Part shown: piece after piece, positions 61,508 to 64,000 of the stretch | How the letters are laid out: every line of letters starts with the position of its first letter | Numbering within the stretch: position 1 is the first letter of the stretch | Origin: Diplonema japonicum | Taxonomy: Eukaryota > Protista > Euglenozoa: Diplonemea | Reading direction: 5' to 3' | Length of the DNA stretch: 64,000 nucleotides | Assembly: GCA_964019335.1 (NCBI GenBank) | Contig: OZ025711.1 | Span: 186,001-250,000 of the forward strand | Program-made: the position numbers and the translations under genes | The notes under the pieces: model-generated | What the model saw: the letters and a program-made list of their open reading frames with translations, nothing else | Databases searched by the model: none | Told to the model about the DNA's origin: nothing

Positions 61508-63386
61508 TTATTGTGATTTCTTTTTCTTTGCAGCTGCGCGTGAAGGTGCAGCTTTACGTTTCTCGGAATTCCTCTCAGGGCGCAGGGACGTGGCATCGTA
61601 TTTGATGGTGCTCTCGAGGAAGGCAAGGGTACCGTCCTTGGGCACGACACCGGCTCTGCGCAGAAGCAGGAGCACCTCGATGGTGCGTGCAATCTGTGTG
61701 TGTTTTAAAAGAGAGAAGCCATACCTGTGCATAGAAGCTCTTTGGCAGACTTTTCGACGCGGACATGTAAGGGGTGTACAGTGTGCTGGTGTGCACCACA
61801 TCGTCGTAGGTGAGGCAAAGCTGTATCTCGTGAGACACCTTCCCCCTGTCCTCATGTTCTTCTATCCGCAAGCTGCAGTGCGTGCCGCTGTTGTCACTGA
61901 ACTTCTTGTTCCCGATCACCACTTGGTAGCCTCTGACCTGCTGTGTGCCAAAGATCTCACCCAGAGACGTAGGGTTCCAGTACCCCGCCTCGGGCAGCTC
62001 CTTGATCACCCTGAAGCCTGATTTTGCATCAGTGACCGCCGCCCAGTTCCTGGGCTGCAGCACCTGGGTGGGTCTGCGGTTGACGTTCATTTCCGAAACC
62101 TCTTTACCTGTCTTGCTGTACACGTCCTGCTGGTCGCCTTGTTCACCAGTGAGGAACGGATCTATCGCAAAATGCAGTTTCCAGATTCTGTCCTTATCCT
62201 TCCCCAGCCTCGTCACCCACACCCTGCCAGCTGCTGCTGCCCTCTCAGGCACTTCTGCTCCGTAGCGCACACTTAGTGTAGTTGTTTCGTCGACGGCGAT
62301 CTTACTGATGCCCATCTTGATGGGGTTCGAAATGCACCTTGTCAGCTGGAAATCGGGCTTCGAGGTGCTCTCCACGACACCGGTTACGGTCGCACCCTCC
62401 CACGTCGGGGCCGCCACCACATTAGCACTCACAGTGGCAGTGTAGCTGCCATAGGTACCCGAGCCGACTGTGGTTGCGTGGATCGTAGTGATCTTAGCCG
62501 ACAGAACAACAAGATCTGCACTGGCATCCACCTTGTCAACACCTTTTGCCTTGTGGAGGAGGCGTCTGGAGACAAGCTGCCCCACAGCACGCAACCCTAT
62601 CGCCTCCGATACAGCAGGCGGCAGGTCCGCACCGACGTACCCAGCCTCACTGGGCTCCAAAGGAACTTCGAGTTTCACTAGGCCAGTGATGAGTGGCAGC
62701 TGTTGGCAACCAGTGCGTGCAGTTGCAGGGTCGCCCCTCAGCCTAGCCCAGTACCTCCTGCGCAGCCTGTCAAAGAGGTATGCTATTCTCGCCTTGTCCC
62801 CCGCACGCGACAGGAGACAAGATTTGATGTGCTGGGAATTGTGCACCTTGAGAAGCTTCCTGATCCACACCAGGAAGTCATGTGCTGCGGGAGACTCCTT
62901 CAGAAGTCTCATACCTGTTATTTCCAATGATCGGAGTTCCAGCTTTAACTGCCCGGCCCCAGGCCCTTCCAAGGCCTTGTTCTCCTGCTCGATGATCTCA
63001 GGGTCGTTGGGGAGCTTGGGGTCAATTAGCTTCATGGGTTGCTCTTTTGCCTGTGGACGGAGGCTGGGGGACTTTGCTGTGAGGATGGGCGTCTCGAAGG
63101 CTTCGAATTCGGCAGCCATGGCCATGAAGCCGTCGTCGTTGGTTTCGGACACGTACGACTGGTTGCATGGATCGTGCGGGGCGATTGGCTTCAAATCATC
63201 ATCTTCATCTTCATCATCACCATCGGGCACGGAGCTATCATCTACCTCCTCAGCTTCGACGTCTTCGAACTGGTTGGCCTCAACACTAACTGTCTCCTCG
63301 CTCTCACCCTCACCCTGGGACACACTGTCGCTCTCATGGCCACCGAGGTAGCCCATGAGGTCAGGAGCACTCGACGCGTCTGACAT
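61508..63386 (-). CDS. Hypothetical protein, acidic N-terminus and basic NLS-like C-terminus; 2 exons (63386-61725, 61693-61508), ~615 aa
   Basis: A 31-nt GTATGG..ACACAG intron (61694-61724) joins the 603-aa ORF to the 61508..61855 frame ending KRKAAPSRAAAKKKKSQ*. Confidence 0.75.
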
Positions 63387-63586
63387 ATTTACTGAAAAAA
63401 AAGGTTAAGTACGGTTCATATGCGTAAAAAAGAATCGGAACTGTTAGCATAATCTGGGCAACTATACTAATGCCCTGCAAACCCACGTATCAGTGTTTGC
63501 AGGGGGAGGGGAGGGGGGATGAAAAAAAGAAGGGAGACGTTTTTCGTTTTTCTTTTTCGGGACACGCACGGGTTTTGTTCGTCGTA

Positions 63587-64000
63587 TCATTTCCTCAAAG
63601 TTGGGAACCACCTCAGGGCGTTGGTGTAGTACACTTTCCTCAGAACGTATTCCGGAAGACCAAGCCCGCGGTACTCGCCGTTGACTTCGGGACACGACTG
63701 CGCCTCGTCCGTGGCGAGGAACATCCAGTCGGAGAACCATGTCTCGATGCACGTGTCCCTGATCTTCTTGGGGGTGTCGCCTTTGAAGAACATGAGGTCA
63801 GTGCCGTAGACAAGCTGGTCTTGATGCTTCATGAAAAACTCGCGAACGCGTTCCCTGTCCTCCTTTGCTTGGTACTGCAGGTGGCACATGCGGTGCGCAA
63901 AGTCGACGCTCATGTCACTGAACTCAGTTAAAGTCCTTGAGAGCACGTCTACGCTCCACTCCTGCGAACCAAGGTGGCACCCCATGAACTTCAGGCTGCC
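63587..64000 (-). CDS. Amidohydrolase family protein (bacterial-type), C-terminal part; 5' end outside window
   Basis: FMGCHLGSQEWSVDVL...VDFAHRMCHLQYQ...VREFFMKHQDQLVYGTD...GLGLPEYVLRKVYYTNALRWF matches the C-terminal half of Amidohydro_2-type TIM barrels. Confidence 0.8.
   Translation of the reverse strand, partial: GSLKFMGCHLGSQEWSVDVLSRTLTEFSDMSVDFAHRMCHLQYQAKEDRERVREFFMKHQDQLVYGTDLMFFKGDTPKKIRDTCIETWFSDWMFLATDEAQSCPEVNGEYRGLGLPEYVLRKVYYTNALRWFPTLRK

Overview
Eukaryotic, gene-dense window, most likely from a euglenozoan protist of the diplonemid type. This is inferred from three observations: every real gene lies on the minus strand, there is usually an AG a few nt before the ATG (consistent with SL trans-splicing), and introns are tiny GT-AG introns of 31-57 nt. 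Positions 1-27858 are one uninterrupted minus-strand ORF of at least 9,286 codons that the ORF track missed because it runs off the left edge. It encodes a giant secreted adhesin/matrix-like protein with 2 C-type lectin domains, 12 vWA domains, about 32 EGF-like repeats and many Cys-rich spacers. To its right (upstream) lie a Cys-rich/mucin type I membrane protein, an RPGRIP1L-like gene, a His-motif repeat protein, a kinesin-3-like motor, proteasome alpha-5, a PAN-GH3 glycosidase, a HEAT-like protein and a tail-anchored CxxC/ART-like protein. Next comes a dynamic 48-56 kb segment: a tandem duplication of a ubiquitin-like-CDK fusion gene (one copy naturally Y15F), a 1.03-kb TIR element whose empty site is visible in the paralogous copy, and a deletion-riddled gene relic. 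That segment abuts a ~1,850-aa gene with a bacterial conflict-system architecture (SLOG/LSDAT plus two SLATT 2TM modules) and a long helical repeat tail. A partial bacterial-type amidohydrolase ends the window. All family assignments are from motif recognition by eye; no searches were run.
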